64,000 nt of DNA, from contig JBHGNT010000015.1 in assembly GCA_043228905.1 (NCBI GenBank), forward strand, positions 1,116,001 to 1,180,000, written 5' to 3'. The notes beneath the pieces were generated by a model that was not told where the DNA came from, did not search any database, and saw only the letters and a list, made by a program, of their open reading frames with translations. The DNA is from Azolla caroliniana (taxonomy: Eukaryota > Plantae > Polypodiophyta). Below, piece by piece: positions 22,801 through 36,014 of the stretch; position 1 is the stretch's first letter, and the number at the start of each line of letters is the position of its first letter. Made by a program: the position numbers and the translations under genes.

Positions 22801-25014
22801 GTTGTGAAACGGCGAGTTCGCGTTCGAAAGCTTCCCGAGCATGACGTAGCTCAGCAACTGTGGTTGCATCGGGTTCATCCTGGGGTGGTGACTCCTCCGT
22901 GACTTCCTCGTTTTTAGATGGCTCGATGGTTGGTAAGGCATTGATTTCGAAGAGAGGAATGATCGTGGGATGCTCATCTAGGAAGTCATCGACCTCCTCA
23001 TCGGCCAATCCGTCGAGCATATGGACCCCTTCCGCGTATAACGGCGAAGTGTTGAGGGCGACGGGTACTCGTTCTTCAGTGATGATTCAGACTTTTGTCT
23101 TCCCTCTTCGGAACGAGATCATGTTGCGTTGCCAATGTTGCTTGATATTCGCTATGCGCAACCATGGTCGACCTAGTAACATTGGGTAGGCACCTTGTGT
23201 CTCCAGTCGTAGCACGACGGTCGAGATCGTGAACATGTGGCCGCCGAGTGTGAAGTCGAGATGGCGGATTAAACCAATGGGGCGAACGGAGCGGGTGTCG
23301 GCCATCCGAAGCCAAAAGGGGCATGGTTCCCATTGATTCAGGCCGAGTTTGAGACACGTTGATTCGCTAATAACGTTTACGCCAGATCCGCCGTCGATGA
23401 TGCATCCGTGCAGGTCTTGTCCTTTAATGATGATTCGCACAGCTGGGTTCTGAGAATCCATGAGTGGTGGACCGATTCCTGCTTTGGTGAGGTGTACCGG
23501 TGGTGTCACGGCCGTAGTATTGGCCTGTAGTGCCGCCAAGGTGTCCCGAAATCTCGGCATGAGTGGTAGCAGTTTATGTAGGGGCAGCGAGATGCGGGAG
23601 TTGGTAAGAACATCCCATAGTTGGTTGTCCTCCGACGACGTGGATGGTGCCGGGGTTTGTGGTACTTCACTGGGCCCGTCCTTCATGTCAGTTTGCATGC
23701 GTGCGACATTATTTTTATTGGCCGTGTCGACCCATTCTTTTGCTGCCTGTCGTACTTCATCCTGGATTTGCCACTGAGTAGTCTGTGCTTTACTCCGGGT
23801 AGTGACCGTTTGAACATCGGCCATGATACTGTTTACCGCGGGTGCCTTGCCACGGTTGGTTGTCGGACATTGCGTGGCGTAGTGGCCTGGTTGGTTACAT
23901 TTAAAACATGTCACATTGGCCGAGCTGCTGGTGTCCGGTCGGTCTGTGTGTGGGAGCTGTTGTTGTTGATCCTCGGTCTCGTTTGGTGGTGGGTTGTTCC
24001 GAGGTGCGTTGGAGTTGCGCTGGTCATGTTGAGGAGCGTCCCGTCGGCGGTTGTGATTAGGTCTTCTGTTGTTGCGTGTGTTTCGCCGATCCATGCGTGA
24101 CTTCCTTCGGTCATACCGATCATCGCGATCGTCATCATATCGAGCATAATCGTCGTGCCGGTCATCGCGATAATAATCACGGCGATGATCACGTTGGTAG
24201 TCGTCGTTTCGGCGCCATCGATCCGGGGATCGCGGTTGGTCGTTATCCTGGTCGCGGTAGATATATCGCTCGTCTTGCCGAGAGTATGTATTTCGTGGCT
24301 CGATCTGGCGGACCGGTGCCGCCGTTGTACGGTTCAACATATTATATTCGCACTGCTCGACCGTGTGAGCTCAAGACTGACAGATCGGACACTGTGGTCG
24401 GTGGGGACATTCGAGGGCTAGGTGTCCTGATCCTGAACACGCAGTGCATTGGAGGGCTTGGCGAAAGCGATTGTCCTCTTGGGGAAGAGCGTTGTGCAAG
24501 GATGTCATCGAGAAGGTCGTGCCGTGCTGGTTCCGATCGAGGGCGAGAACGCGCGCTATGACTTGTTCAATAGTATGGTTGGCGAAATTTGTAAGTGCGA
24601 GAGTCGTTCGTAGAGGCTCTCGTAAACTGGATAGGAAAGTGTCTGGTATATGTTGTGCCGAGACATCATCGGCCACTTGTCTGTAGAGATCCTGGAACCG
24701 GATCGTGAACTGCGCGACCGTTTCGTGCGGTTCCTGGCATATAGAGAAGAATTGTCGTAGCAGTTCCCGTTTAGGCACCTCGCGATGAAAAGTTCAAGGA
24801 ACTTTGTGCGCACGATTTGGAAAGTGGTGACCTCTCCTATTTCGAGACGAGAGTACCATCGTGCGGCAGAGTGTGAACTCGGCAATCTTCGATGCATCGA
24901 TTTCGGCCCGTGTGAGGCGGTGCATGGAGTGGTTAGCCTGCCACGTGGATACGAAGGCACGGACGTGTGACTCCGCGTCAGGTCCTCGGCATATCGTGGG
25001 TATGGGTACGACAT
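19900..25014 (-). pseudogene. Gypsy gag-pol polyprotein (frameshifts and stops)
   Basis: Gag with CCHC knuckles, IIDGGSGVN protease, RT (FLDGFSGYNQI, FLDDF), RNase H (VFVDAS), integrase (GGHYAG..CRQCDLC, DFVGPF, WTGPF). Confidence 0.95.
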
Positions 25015-25182
25015 GATGTCGTACTGTGGTTCTTCTGGTAGCACCGGAAAAGGGTTTAGTTCCGGTTGGTTGACCTCCAGAGGGCTCGACGGGGGCACTG
25101 GTGGTGAATCCACTTGCAATCGAGTGTCCGGTGGCGAGGATTGCACTGGACAAGCCCCCGATTGCTCGGGAAAGGATTGGTC

Positions 25183-25273
25183 AGTGACCGCCGAGTCGGA
25201 AGTTCCTTCGACTGGCTCAGGGCGTCGTAGTGACCGCCGAGTCGGAAGTTCCTTCGACTGGCTCAGGGCGTCG
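25183..25273. repeat. 46-bp tandem duplication in the Gypsy 5' leader
   Basis: AGTGACCGCCGAGTCGGAAGTTCCTTCGACTGGCTCAGGGCGTCG starts at 25183 and 25229. Confidence 0.9.
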
Positions 25274-25365
25274 GGCAGGTGGCCGAGACCTCGTGGTGCG
25301 AGAGGGCGCCGTAACGGCGGCTGGTGGTTACCTTCAACGAAGTTCGCTGTGCACTCACAGCTATA

Positions 25366-25378
25366 ACCGGGCGTGCCA
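25366..25378 (-). other. Primer-binding site TGGCACGCCCGGT, probably for tRNA-Arg(UCU)
   Basis: Begins with TGG, 5 nt inside the 5' LTR. Matches my recollection of the plant tRNA-Arg(UCU) 3' end GTCCCACCGGGCGTGCCA. Confidence 0.8.
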
Positions 25379-25383
25379 AATTG

Positions 25384-25837
25384 TGTTACCCGTTCCTTTG
25401 GGTGAACACCTTCGATAGATCTATGTCTATCGGTCTTCAAGGGCATGGTACGTGAAGGCTCGTACAGAGGCGTTGAGAGAGATACAAGGCTCAGAGAGAA
25501 AACACTAGCGAGGTTTTGAGAGGCGTGGCGGCATGAAACTCATAGGTATAGATCGAAACACAAACTCATGCAGCAAAATAGGCACAATTAAAATATATTA
25601 CTATGGTAGAAAAGGATTACAGAACACGGCCTATGGCCGGTGACCTTACGAGTTTATCTAATTCGAATGACTAAGTTAGTGCTTCCGCCTATAATTTTCT
25701 TCTCCCCCTTTCTGAGGTACTGCTCCTCGTTTAAATAACTTTTCCCCTAACACACAGCCGAGCCATCGGTGGCCCGTGATACTCGGACTCGGCGTTTGCT
25801 AATTTCCTAATTTTACATTTTTGTCCTTTGGACAACA
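25384..25837 (-). repeat. 5' LTR of Gypsy element
   Basis: Direct repeat of 15676-16129, followed by the TSD. Confidence 0.97.
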
Positions 25838-27379
25838 CTTATTAGAAGATGCCACTTACCGATATGGTTGAGTGGGAAAGATTGTGGTTGATCATCTTCA
25901 ACTATTTCTTCAACTTCTGTTTTCTTCTTTGTGTTGGATTCTTAATACATGAGTGACCTCCATATGTTGTTGGATTCACACTTCATCCAAAGATGGAGGG
26001 AGAAGAAATTTAGAGCTTCCGGACAGAGCCATTGAAGTACATAAGGAAGACTTAGATGCTAATGAAGCTTAGGAACTCTTTGCATGACTAGAAGTCAAAC
26101 TTTTCATCACTACTACTTACAATATGAATACAAACAAAAAGGTGGACCATTTTGGCACCAAAGTTCTCAATGAAAAAAAAAAGAACTTTGGCAAAGCGAA
26201 GAGATAACTAAGGGGCATCGTATTTGTGGATTAGATAGATTGAGACTACTTGACTAACATGGAGGTTATTGCTAAAATGAACCACATCCCAATTCTCGAG
26301 ATGAGTTTGGGATGCTTGATGCTTGGTATTGCCATGTTAAGGGAAATATGTTATATCCAAGTCAATAAACCCTAAAATTATGCATGTGATTGGGAAGCAC
26401 AACGTCATGATGAACATGTTATACATAGTTAGACGAGGAAAGTGAAGTTTTGTTGTAAGACAAAGATGTGGGTCTTGATTGTTTTAAGTCAATGTGTGTG
26501 GTTATGAATTGTGCAAGTGCTTGCTACATTCAAGGAGGATGGTTATGAAAGAGAATGGCTACATATAAGATAATCATAAGCCCAATGACTACATATGCCT
26601 CATGGTCTAAAGAGGAGGCATATAAGATTCAAAAGAATGCTCATAAGTACTCTTTGCAAGGAGGATATCTACGAGGGACACCCGAAGAAATGACTATGAG
26701 CACCACTCTCTGCAAGCCATCTCACTAATGGAATTTCGTGATAGGAAATGAGAAAGACAAAGGGGCAGTTGGGAGACATTCGCGAAGTTGAAGGAGAAAC
26801 ACTAGTGGTTGGGAATGTAGATAGAGGAGTTACGATTAGAAGATCATGTGAGGCTTGTTAATTTCACTCAAATGTATGATACAACTAACAACCTGATGGG
26901 TTAAACCCAAATTAATAACCGAGACAACATTATTTTTATCTAACAAAGCAACTCCAAAATGCTACTGTAACAAAATGAGCAAGAGAACTCATTGTTTGGG
27001 GTCACTGTTTTGCAAATTTAACCACCCAAGCTTCATCGAGGGACTAAACTACACGGTAGTGAATGACGAGGGTGCATGGATAACCAAGGCAACATGATCC
27101 ATTGATCATAGACTCACCATGCTGAAACTCAAGGATATTCCCTTGACACTCTTTTGAATCTTAATTTTTTCTTTCTCTTAAAAACTTTACAATATATGGA
27201 AAAGGGTTGTCCAAAAGATGTAATTTAAATCATTCAATCCATGTCGTCGAATTTGATGTAAAATATGAGTTCTATAACCACAATTCTCCTTGCATTTCTA
27301 TGTTATAATTACAAGTGTATAATGGGATTATTTTGTTTTACATTTCTGACCCATTGTAACTTAATGATCTAGAGCTCTT

Positions 27380-27605
27380 ACTTTGTCCCCTTAATCTTCA
27401 ATTTGAGTCAAATAACAATTAGGTTAAGAGCTACTTAAGCTAAACCTTAATCACTTTTGTGGATTCCATGTACTCACACCTAAACATGTCTACTCTGTAC
27501 CCTTAATCTTCAATTTGAGTCAAATAGCAATTTAAGTTAATAGCTACTTAGGCTAAACCTTAATCATTTTTGTGGCTTCCCTATACTCACACCTAAACAT
27601 GTCTA
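27380..27605. repeat. Tandem duplication of about 112 bp
   Basis: CCCTTAATCTTCAATTTGAGTCAAATA...TACTCACACCTAAACATGTCTA occurs twice. Confidence 0.85.
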
Positions 27606-27751
27606 TGACTCGATGGAGTTACCTCCCGTCAATATCCTTGTGTCTAGGATCCATATATGTGTATAACATATTGGTAGTGAACAAGGCAAGAGTGGTTGTC
27701 GAGCACTCTTGAGCTACTAGGTTAACTAACCTTAGTGATTAGTGCTTACAC

Positions 27752-30700
27752 CTTTTTTTTCGAAAAAAATATTCTTCATTAGTAGAATTTTGCATACATG
27801 ACGAAATGATTAGGCAAAAAAACATTACAAAGGCTCTGGCCATGATGACCTATGAAAATCACAAATAAGAGTAGTGAAAGACAAAAAAGGAATGGCACGA
27901 GACATCATATATGTATTGAACATAGAACATCGTCCTCCATTCGAATGTGACCATGTCCTCCAGTTCCATAATGAGAACAATTGTACTTGTTTTCCTATCA
28001 CCTATTCTCCACCTTGCAACTCTTGTAATGTCACATGAGGTATGATGAATGATTTGTTGTAGAACGCGGTGGGCCGCCTTGGTTAGCCCACAACTATCCT
28101 CCCCCATGTCGAATCTGACCATCTCCTTCATCTCCACCACCGTCAAGAATATCCTTCTATAAAACCTCCAAACCATCAACACTCAGCTTTATCACAACCT
28201 CAAAAAGTATTCTTCATGTTTCCCCATCAGCCATCTCGACGGTTACCACCAAAATCCTATACCTACAACAACAAAATGAATATAGTGTCCTCATCTCCTC
28301 ATGAAAATATGTTTCAACCCCCACACCATCATCGCTCATCCTTATCAAAAACATAAAATTTGCTTCATTCAATCCACATCAACCATCTCGCCGATTACCA
28401 CCAAAATCCTGTACAAACAACATCAAAATAAGTCAAAAACAATTCCTCATCTCATCATGATATGCTTCACCCCCCACACCATCATCACTCATCCTGGTAA
28501 AAAACTGACAATCTGCTTCATTCACTCCACATAAACCATCTCATTGTTGTTGATTATCACCAAAATCTTGTACCTACAAAAAACAAAATGAATTTACTCT
28601 CTACCTTTCCTCATGGAAATATGCTTCAACCCTTGACACCATCATCACTCATCCTTATCAAAAACATAAAATCTGCTTCATTCAGTCCACGTAAACCATC
28701 TCGCTGATTACCACCAAAATCTTGTACAAACAACAACAACATGAGTCTAAAAAGTTTCCTCATCTCCCCATGGTAATATACTTCGGCCCCCACACCATCA
28801 TCACTCATCCTGATAAAAAACAAAAAATTTGTTTCATCAAGTCCACATAAACCATATCGTTGTTGCCGATTATCACCAAAATCTTGTACCTACAAAAACA
28901 ACATGAGTCTACTCTCTAAATCTCCTCATGAAAATATGCTTCAACCCCGACACCATCATCACTCATCCTTATCGAAAATAGAGAATATGCTTCATTATTC
29001 GCATCAACCATTGCGGCAATTACCGCCAAAATCTTACTTACATCAATAGACCATTCCAATATGCCGCAACCACCTCCTCCATCTTAACTCATGTTGTTTG
29101 CACTAAGAACGGCATAAGTGGAGGGAACAATCAACAAGGTGGAACGTAGTTCCACTTAACATTAGCACCTGCATCCAACATGATAGGAATAGATGACCAA
29201 ACTCGTCGAATTCTCCTTCTTTTCTAATTAGCTTTATTTTCATAACCCTTATAACTATCATAATCACCTTTAACTGCATGTACCAATAAGTCCCAAAAAG
29301 ACTTAACCTAATCCACAACATGAGTGTTTTCATCATTGTATAGCTTGGAACACCTAGCTTTCCAAAGAACCCATAAAGCCAAAGAGGAGACAATCTGCCA
29401 AACATAACTTTGCGAGAAAAGCTTGATTCCCTGCGAGGAACTTGAAGTAGGGTACACCTAAAAACTTCTCACATGTGAAGTCAAGGAAGAATGATGATAA
29501 TGATAAATGATAATTTGTTGATCCTACATTCCCCAGAAGACTACACCCCACGTGAAAATAGTTGACCTATACTTATGACCTAGAAGCCTAAGAATTTGAA
29601 ACCAAAAATGTTTAGCGGCAACACATTCCCAAAATATATGATGTTATGTCTCAGATGCAGACCCACACATAACACATGAATGATCAGGCATTGATCCCCT
29701 TAGTAATTCTCCTACTGGCAATGTGTAATGAATCATCAACCATAAAAAATGCAATACCTTGTTCATACACTTAATCGACCAAAATTGTTTCCAAAACATC
29801 ACCATATGAGAAGATGCCACATTACCTTCCTCCCAATACTTCTTTCTAGCAAGTACTGACTCAATCAGATTCAACATAAAGTTTCTACCAAAAGCCACAA
29901 AATATGTGAAGAATGGAACTTAGGACCTTCGTTTTCAAAGTGTCAAACATGGATAGGTTCCGACCATAACTAAATGAACCCCACTGCAGATCAACAATTG
30001 GCCTAGAGTGTAAAACCCAACTATGAGACGATTAGTTGGAAATTAATGGATTAGGATCGATAAATATATTTTTATCTAATCTAGCAATTACTTGCACTAG
30101 CAACGAATTTGTTGACGACATAATTGGAGACTCCTCCACTAATATCAACCTACCATTGTCCAGAACTTCATAAAAATAGAGGCTTCCATTTTGATGATAT
30201 AAGCGAACTCTTATAAGTATATTAAGTGTCGAAAACATATCGTACCAACTCTGAAAATGATCAAACTACAAAGCTGGCACAGTGACATGATACACCATGC
30301 ACCATTTTGAGAACATAATTTTTGCCCCTCTTAAGTTAGATAACATATTCCTTTGGCCTTGTGTTGAAGTCTGTAGAAACTTTAACCAATTCGCAACCGT
30401 ATGGGTTGGACCATTGTCCATTGCAACCCAAGATAACCTAGGGCGTAGACCCAAAACACATGCAACTTCATCAATAAATAAAGGATTCCATATCAATGGT
30501 TGATGCATGAATTGATGATAACTTTTCAGTGGCAAGAAAACAAGTGTTTGCCGAAGACTTTCCCATGCCTAGAAAAATCCATTAAAGAAGTTGTGGACTT
30601 AGGTAATGGAAAATCTGAATTAAAGAACCGTCTAAGAAGATCATTCCATTGACCACCTATTGACGAGTTAACCTTATGTGAGTGCTAAATCCATAACTTT

Positions 30701-31587
30701 TTCCATAACTCCTCTCCTGGCAATAAACTCCTAACAACATGTTTAGCGAGTAATGCTTTAGTTTGCATGAAGAGAACAATCAAACCTAAACCTCCTTTAT
30801 GTTTAGGTTGTATAAGAACCAACCAAGCTACCTTTGCTATAGGATTGTCTGAAATAATGTTCCCCCAAATAAAATTACGTACTAAACGTTGAACTTTAAG
30901 CATTACTGACTTAGAAAACAGCCATGTAGATGTTATATACCAAATCGAGAACAAAAGCACCAAATTAACAATTATGCGTCCTGCTAAGGATAGCTTCTCC
31001 TTATTCCAGTATATTAGCTTATTCCTTAATCTTAACAATAAGGGCACAATCATATCTTCTGCTTCAGATACTAGTAAAAATAGAAAAGGAGCAAGTGGAC
31101 GTCCCAGCCATACTGATCTTGAAATACAGAACCGCCTACCAACATCCCCTGCGAATAAAAGAGAACTATATGCATTATGATATAATGTTAATACTCCTCG
31201 TATCCATATTTTTGGAAAACCCATCTTGAGCAATGTGCCTTCCATAAAATCCTAGTCTTCTCTGTCATAAGCTTTTTTAAAATCAAGAAATAACACTACC
31301 AGATCTTGCTTATGCAATTTAGCAAAGGCCACCATTTCCTAAAAAAGAATAATATTATAAAAAATACTTCGCTCTTGCATAAAACCAGTATGGGAATCAT
31401 GAATCAACTTAGAAAACCATCTAGTTATCGTTTTTGCTAATATATTATAAATAACATTCAACAAGGTAATTGGTCTCCAATTACGAAGCTCTTCTAACTA
31501 CCCACTGGTTTTAGGAATCATATAAATTAAATCCGCCTTCCATTCTTGTGGCATATTTCCCGAGTCTAAAATCTATTGATAATATGT
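27752..31587 (-). mobile_element. 5'-truncated L1-clade LINE (RT, zf-RVT, internal tandem array, A-rich tail)
   Basis: 16-bp TSD TGATTAGTGCTTACAC at 27736-27751 and 31588-31603. RT remnants at 30685-31560 (LSLAGRII, KGGLG); zf-RVT-like ORF at 29644-29898; T-run at 27753. Confidence 0.92.
28231..29040. repeat. Tandem array inside the LINE 3' region (just over five units of 152-160 bp)
   Basis: Unit starts at 28231, 28383, 28536, 28696, 28852 and 29008. Confidence 0.9.
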
Positions 31588-31622
31588 TGATTAGTGCTTA
31601 CACTTACTCTTCTTCTTTTTTT

Positions 31623-31659
<37 letters not shown>

Positions 31660-31904
31660 CGTAAGTACCTTACCCTCGTGGTAAGTTGTTACACTACAAG
31701 CACTATGTCTTGTAGTTGTTACACCACACAAGAGTAGAGAGATTAGGGCTTGTCTTAACTAGCTCTTAACCCTAATCGCCCTTAGCTCTAATAGAAGATT
31801 ACAAAGATAGAGTGAAAGCTCTTAATACACTAATAGAAAGGAGAAAAGCTATTATTCGAGAAGAGCTACAAAAGACACCAAAGGGTGGCTTTTATAGTTG
31901 TTAC

Positions 31905-32154
31905 TGTTGGGAAATCGGTCCCTCCGGATGGGATCTGGTTATGAATGAAGAGGACCCGGTGAGAACCGGAAGAGATCCGGAAACCAGATCGGTTGGACCC
32001 GATGAGAACCGGAAGAGAAGACATATTTGTAAATATGTTTTGAGTAAGCCTATTGAGGGTATATTTGTAAATAGCCCTAAGTTCATATAAGTATAAATAT
32101 GACTTAGGGCAATCACTCTGTAGGGTTGTCATATTGTTGTTGTTGTAATTGTTG

Positions 32155-32220
<66 letters not shown>

Positions 32221-32500
32221 AAGATACAAAATGATTTCTGTTGTAACCGCCTGTTGGCGAAGATACAGAGCTCGAGGTCATTGCCTCTGAGTCTTTGATT
32301 GTACCTTTCTCATATAGTGATAGTTTGGAGTCTGTGGGTTCCCGTGGTTTTTCCCTATTAGGGTTTTCCACGTAAACATATTGTGTACTTTCTTTTGGTG
32401 TATGAGTATTCATCTCTATTCCCATTTCTATGTTTGATCCTTAAACGAAGTGATCTAAGATTTGGTTGTGGCCGAGCAATTTTCCGCGCTATTCTCTACA
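31905..32500 (+). mobile_element. Solo LTR (Copia-like) containing a (GA)n tract
   Basis: TGTTGG...CTACA termini; flanks GTTAC / ATTAC (4 of 5 match); TATAAATA near 32092; GGGTTTTCCACGTAAA and TTCCGCGCT motifs typical of Copia U5. Confidence 0.8.
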
Positions 32501-32505
32501 ATTAC

Positions 32506-32751
32506 AAGGTTGGTGGGTTCCTTTCACACTAGGTTGCCCTCCTATTTGAGTTTCCTCTATCTCCTTTTCCTATAGTTTTGTTGAGCCATGTGTCCCTTGT
32601 TGGTGCCTTTGTCTCCATAACCAATGTCTCGGATGTCAGATACTTAACATTACTCTACCCTTGTATGGTGCTAAATACTCTTTTGTAATAAGAAATGTGT
32701 TCATTAACTGTTATTCTTATTAAGTGTGTATTGTTAACCAACATCTTCTAC

Positions 32752-32801
<50 letters not shown>

Positions 32802-34100
32802 ATCATTGATCATTAGGGTTAGTCAAGCTAGTGGCTCAAGAGTGATCGACAACCACTCTTCCCGGTTCGCTACCAATAACGAATACACCAATCTGGATCT
32901 TTGGACCAATGATATTGATGGGAGGCCTAACTCCATTTATTTGTAGATGTTTTCCGGTGTTAAGCACTTGGAAACCACACATTATAGTTGTAATCTCCTT
33001 GTAATTCAATAACAAATATCTTTCCCTCAGAGTGAAATCCTCTTGAGGCTCTCCATGAGACAACGCGCATCATTCTCTCGTGGAATCTATAGAGATATTC
33101 TCTTGTTAATGGCCGAATGAGTCACTCACTAGCCCTCCACTTGAGGCCGCATTACTCAAAATCGTTACTATGATGACATGATTGCCTCATTCCATTAAGA
33201 AATCCACATTTGCGAAAACAAAATTTCCTCCCCTCTCCCATATAGGCTAGACACAAAAGAAGCCCTTATAAAGGTTCTCCATGAAAGATCACATTTGTTC
33301 TCTTGTAGAACCTATGAAGTGAATCTTCTATGAAGGCATGAGAGAGCCTCCTCAACATTGAAAGTACATGCTTCTTGAATTTAGGATCAACATCAAATCT
33401 GAGGATTTGCAATACCTAATTTATTTTATCCACTTCACACCTTAAGTAAAATCAAGACAATATACATATACATTACCCCTTTCTTTTGAATTCATTTTGT
33501 TGCTAAACTACACTCCTAAGTTCATTATATACCCATAAGGCATTGGTAATCCCACTCAACATTATACACCCATATGTAGATTTCCGTGACAATGTGACAT
33601 TGTGGTTGACATGTGTTGTCTCCAATAGTTGTGGTCAACTTCAATCGACAATTATGTGGAAACAATTAAGGATCTAATCCTATGGCAAAGAGAAGAGAGG
33701 ATGCAAGCTTCTTTCTTATTTAGGTGGTACTTGTCTTAGTAGGACACTTAATGATATTGTAGTTGAAGGAACTCAACTCACACAAGATTGCAGACTCATA
33801 ACTAACACCTAATTAATAATGTGGTGAGACAACCACTATACACAATATGACAATTACGCACTCAATCATCTCTTCATTCTTTACATTTATATATGGGCTC
33901 TTATCGCCTAGTGCAACATGTAATCATTGCTTGCCCACAAAGGTAAATGGTTGTCCTCTAGAAATTCCCATGTAATTACTAATTGGATCCTTACATGATG
34001 CTTACTGTTGGGCATTACTTCATTGTTTTTATCATTACATGTCTTCCTATATTTTACATGTCCTTTGCAAAATGACCAATAACACACGTGATGTATGTGA
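32506..34100 (-). mobile_element. Old Gypsy remnant (LTR end, PPT-like tract, decayed integrase)
   Basis: TTAACA at about 32649 followed by TTACTCTACCCTT (minus-strand PPT-like); degenerate GPY/F-like segment near 32900-32980. Confidence 0.4.
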
Positions 34101-34583
34101 TAAATTCATTGGCCAGATGCTTTACTTTAAGTGTTCTATTTTATCATAGACATCTCCATATCCATTAAATTTGTGGTCTAGTTTGCTTGTCAATGTTCTA
34201 GTACTTTCCTACACATTTGACAAAAAATATATTCTAAAATGCCATGAATTAATTTTGCATAGTTAGGTAGGTAGGATGGCCATGCGATTAAAGTTAATCA
34301 TGTCACATGTGATTAAGGAACAAATTTTAATTTCTAAGTATTAAAGTTTTTTGATAGTTAGTTATTAAAAAGTTCTAGAAAAAAGAAAACAATAGGATAC
34401 TTTACTAAGCCTAAACATGTTGGCATATCACATGGTTGATACCATCGAGCTAACTTTGATGTCCACTTTTTTGCCTTATTTTCTCCAACATTGTTGTCGG
34501 CCTCATTGTTGCTTTGAGAATGGATGAATTCACATATAAATGGCGCCAAAAATATTGTGGAAAAGTTGTCTCAGACTGCTCGT

Positions 34584-34807
34584 CTTTACTCTGTCAAATT
34601 TGTTTCTCCTTGATGAAGTCACATTCAAGGTTGTTCCAATGTCAACCCTTTTGGAAGCGAGATAGATAGAGGAGGTTGTCAAGCTTCTCTCATCTTTACT
34701 TGGTCAAAGTTGTTTGCTCTTGATGAAGTCACATTCAAGGTTGTTCCACTGTCAACCGTTTTGTAAGCCAGATAGATAGCACAGGTTGTCAAGCTTCTCT
34801 CATCTTT
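34584..34807. repeat. Tandem duplication of about 110 bp
   Basis: TTGATGAAGTCACATTCAAGGTTGTTCCA...GGTTGTCAAGCTTCTCTCATCTTT occurs twice. Confidence 0.85.
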
Positions 34808-36014
34808 GAGTTACTATTTTGGTGTTAAGGAAATTATCCTTCCATACTTTGAGATATCATGAAAGATATCATGAAAGATGTTGATTCAACAACCATACTC
34901 TTAATCTCTCCTTAAGGAATGTAACTATCTCACAACAGGAATGAGAAAAAATACCTTGTTTCGATGACTTAAACTTAATACTAGAGTGAGCAAACTCGTA
35001 GGAAGGTTTAAGCCTAAGTGTGTAGAAGATGAAATTCAAAAACATTCATAAATTAGATTTATTTACCCTACGGCCATTCACACTTGTTTGGACAATTACT
35101 GCACACACATTTACATCAAGGTTCTAATGTCGATACATGTGAATCAATGTGGGGATAATAATGCATTGTGCATGGCCAATACTTGACAACATGTCATATT
35201 ACCTATTTCCTATGGTTCATAGGTTCATGACATTATCTTTATTGAAGCGATTAAATTTGATGACGTATGCTAAAGATTATAGTTCAAGTCTCTCAATCTA
35301 GTTTGAAATGATGCACACTAATGACTTGTGCGCAAATGATTACTTTACAAATTCATTGTCCACAACCCAAGGGCTTTAGGCTAGTGGAATGCTAAAAGCT
35401 TGGATTTTTATTAATATTAGAGGTTGTTATACCATCAATTCCCCTAAATATTCTCCCATTTTGCGTAAAAAGTAAAACTTTCCCTTTGATATCCTAATTC
35501 TATGATATGTGGGATGACGCTCCAAAGCTTTTACCATTTTTCTTTCAAATAATGAAAAGTTGTAGTCGGATGTGATTCCTACATTTTGGTTTTGTTATTG
35601 TGTCACTCTCTACTTTCAATGACGAAATTGGATGGCTCCCAATTCACATATGGGGAATCTACCAACAAAGCATTTAAATAAAGGGTTAATATTGGCATTT
35701 TGTGCAAACTTACAAATAAAGGCTCTTAGACCGTCCACCTCAATGAATCTATTTGTAAGGACTTCTCTAGATTTTCCCATACCATTCACTTGTAAAGACA
35801 ATTTGGCTAAGCCCAAAGAATTTTGGCTCTTACCAAGGTGGGGGATGTTCGAATTCATGTATGTGCAAGAACGTCAATTCAATTGATCCCAAAGAATCAC
35901 TTTCATCTCTCAATGGGAGGCAAACTGTCCATGGACTAATTCCAACCTTATGCACTCCTAACAATATTGCTTTACATATATAATTATCCACGAAGTGGTC
36001 TTGCATATGTTGTA

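Larger units (their letters stand above)
15676..25837 (-). mobile_element. Full-length Ty3/Gypsy non-chromovirus (Athila/OTA-like, no archaeal RNase H) with a large 3' extra ORF
   Basis: 454-bp LTRs at 15676-16129 and 25384-25837; TSD CTTAT at 15671-15675 and 25838-25842; order gag-PR-RT-RH-INT; about 12 LTR differences by eye. Confidence 0.97.

Noticed and set aside
16142-25418. Many plus-strand ORFs inside the Gypsy element
   Set aside because: They are antisense shadows of GC-rich coding frames and contain no recognisable motifs.
34200-36000. Decayed Mutator transposase (SWIM-like remnants)
   Set aside because: The motif match is too degraded to support a call without a profile search.
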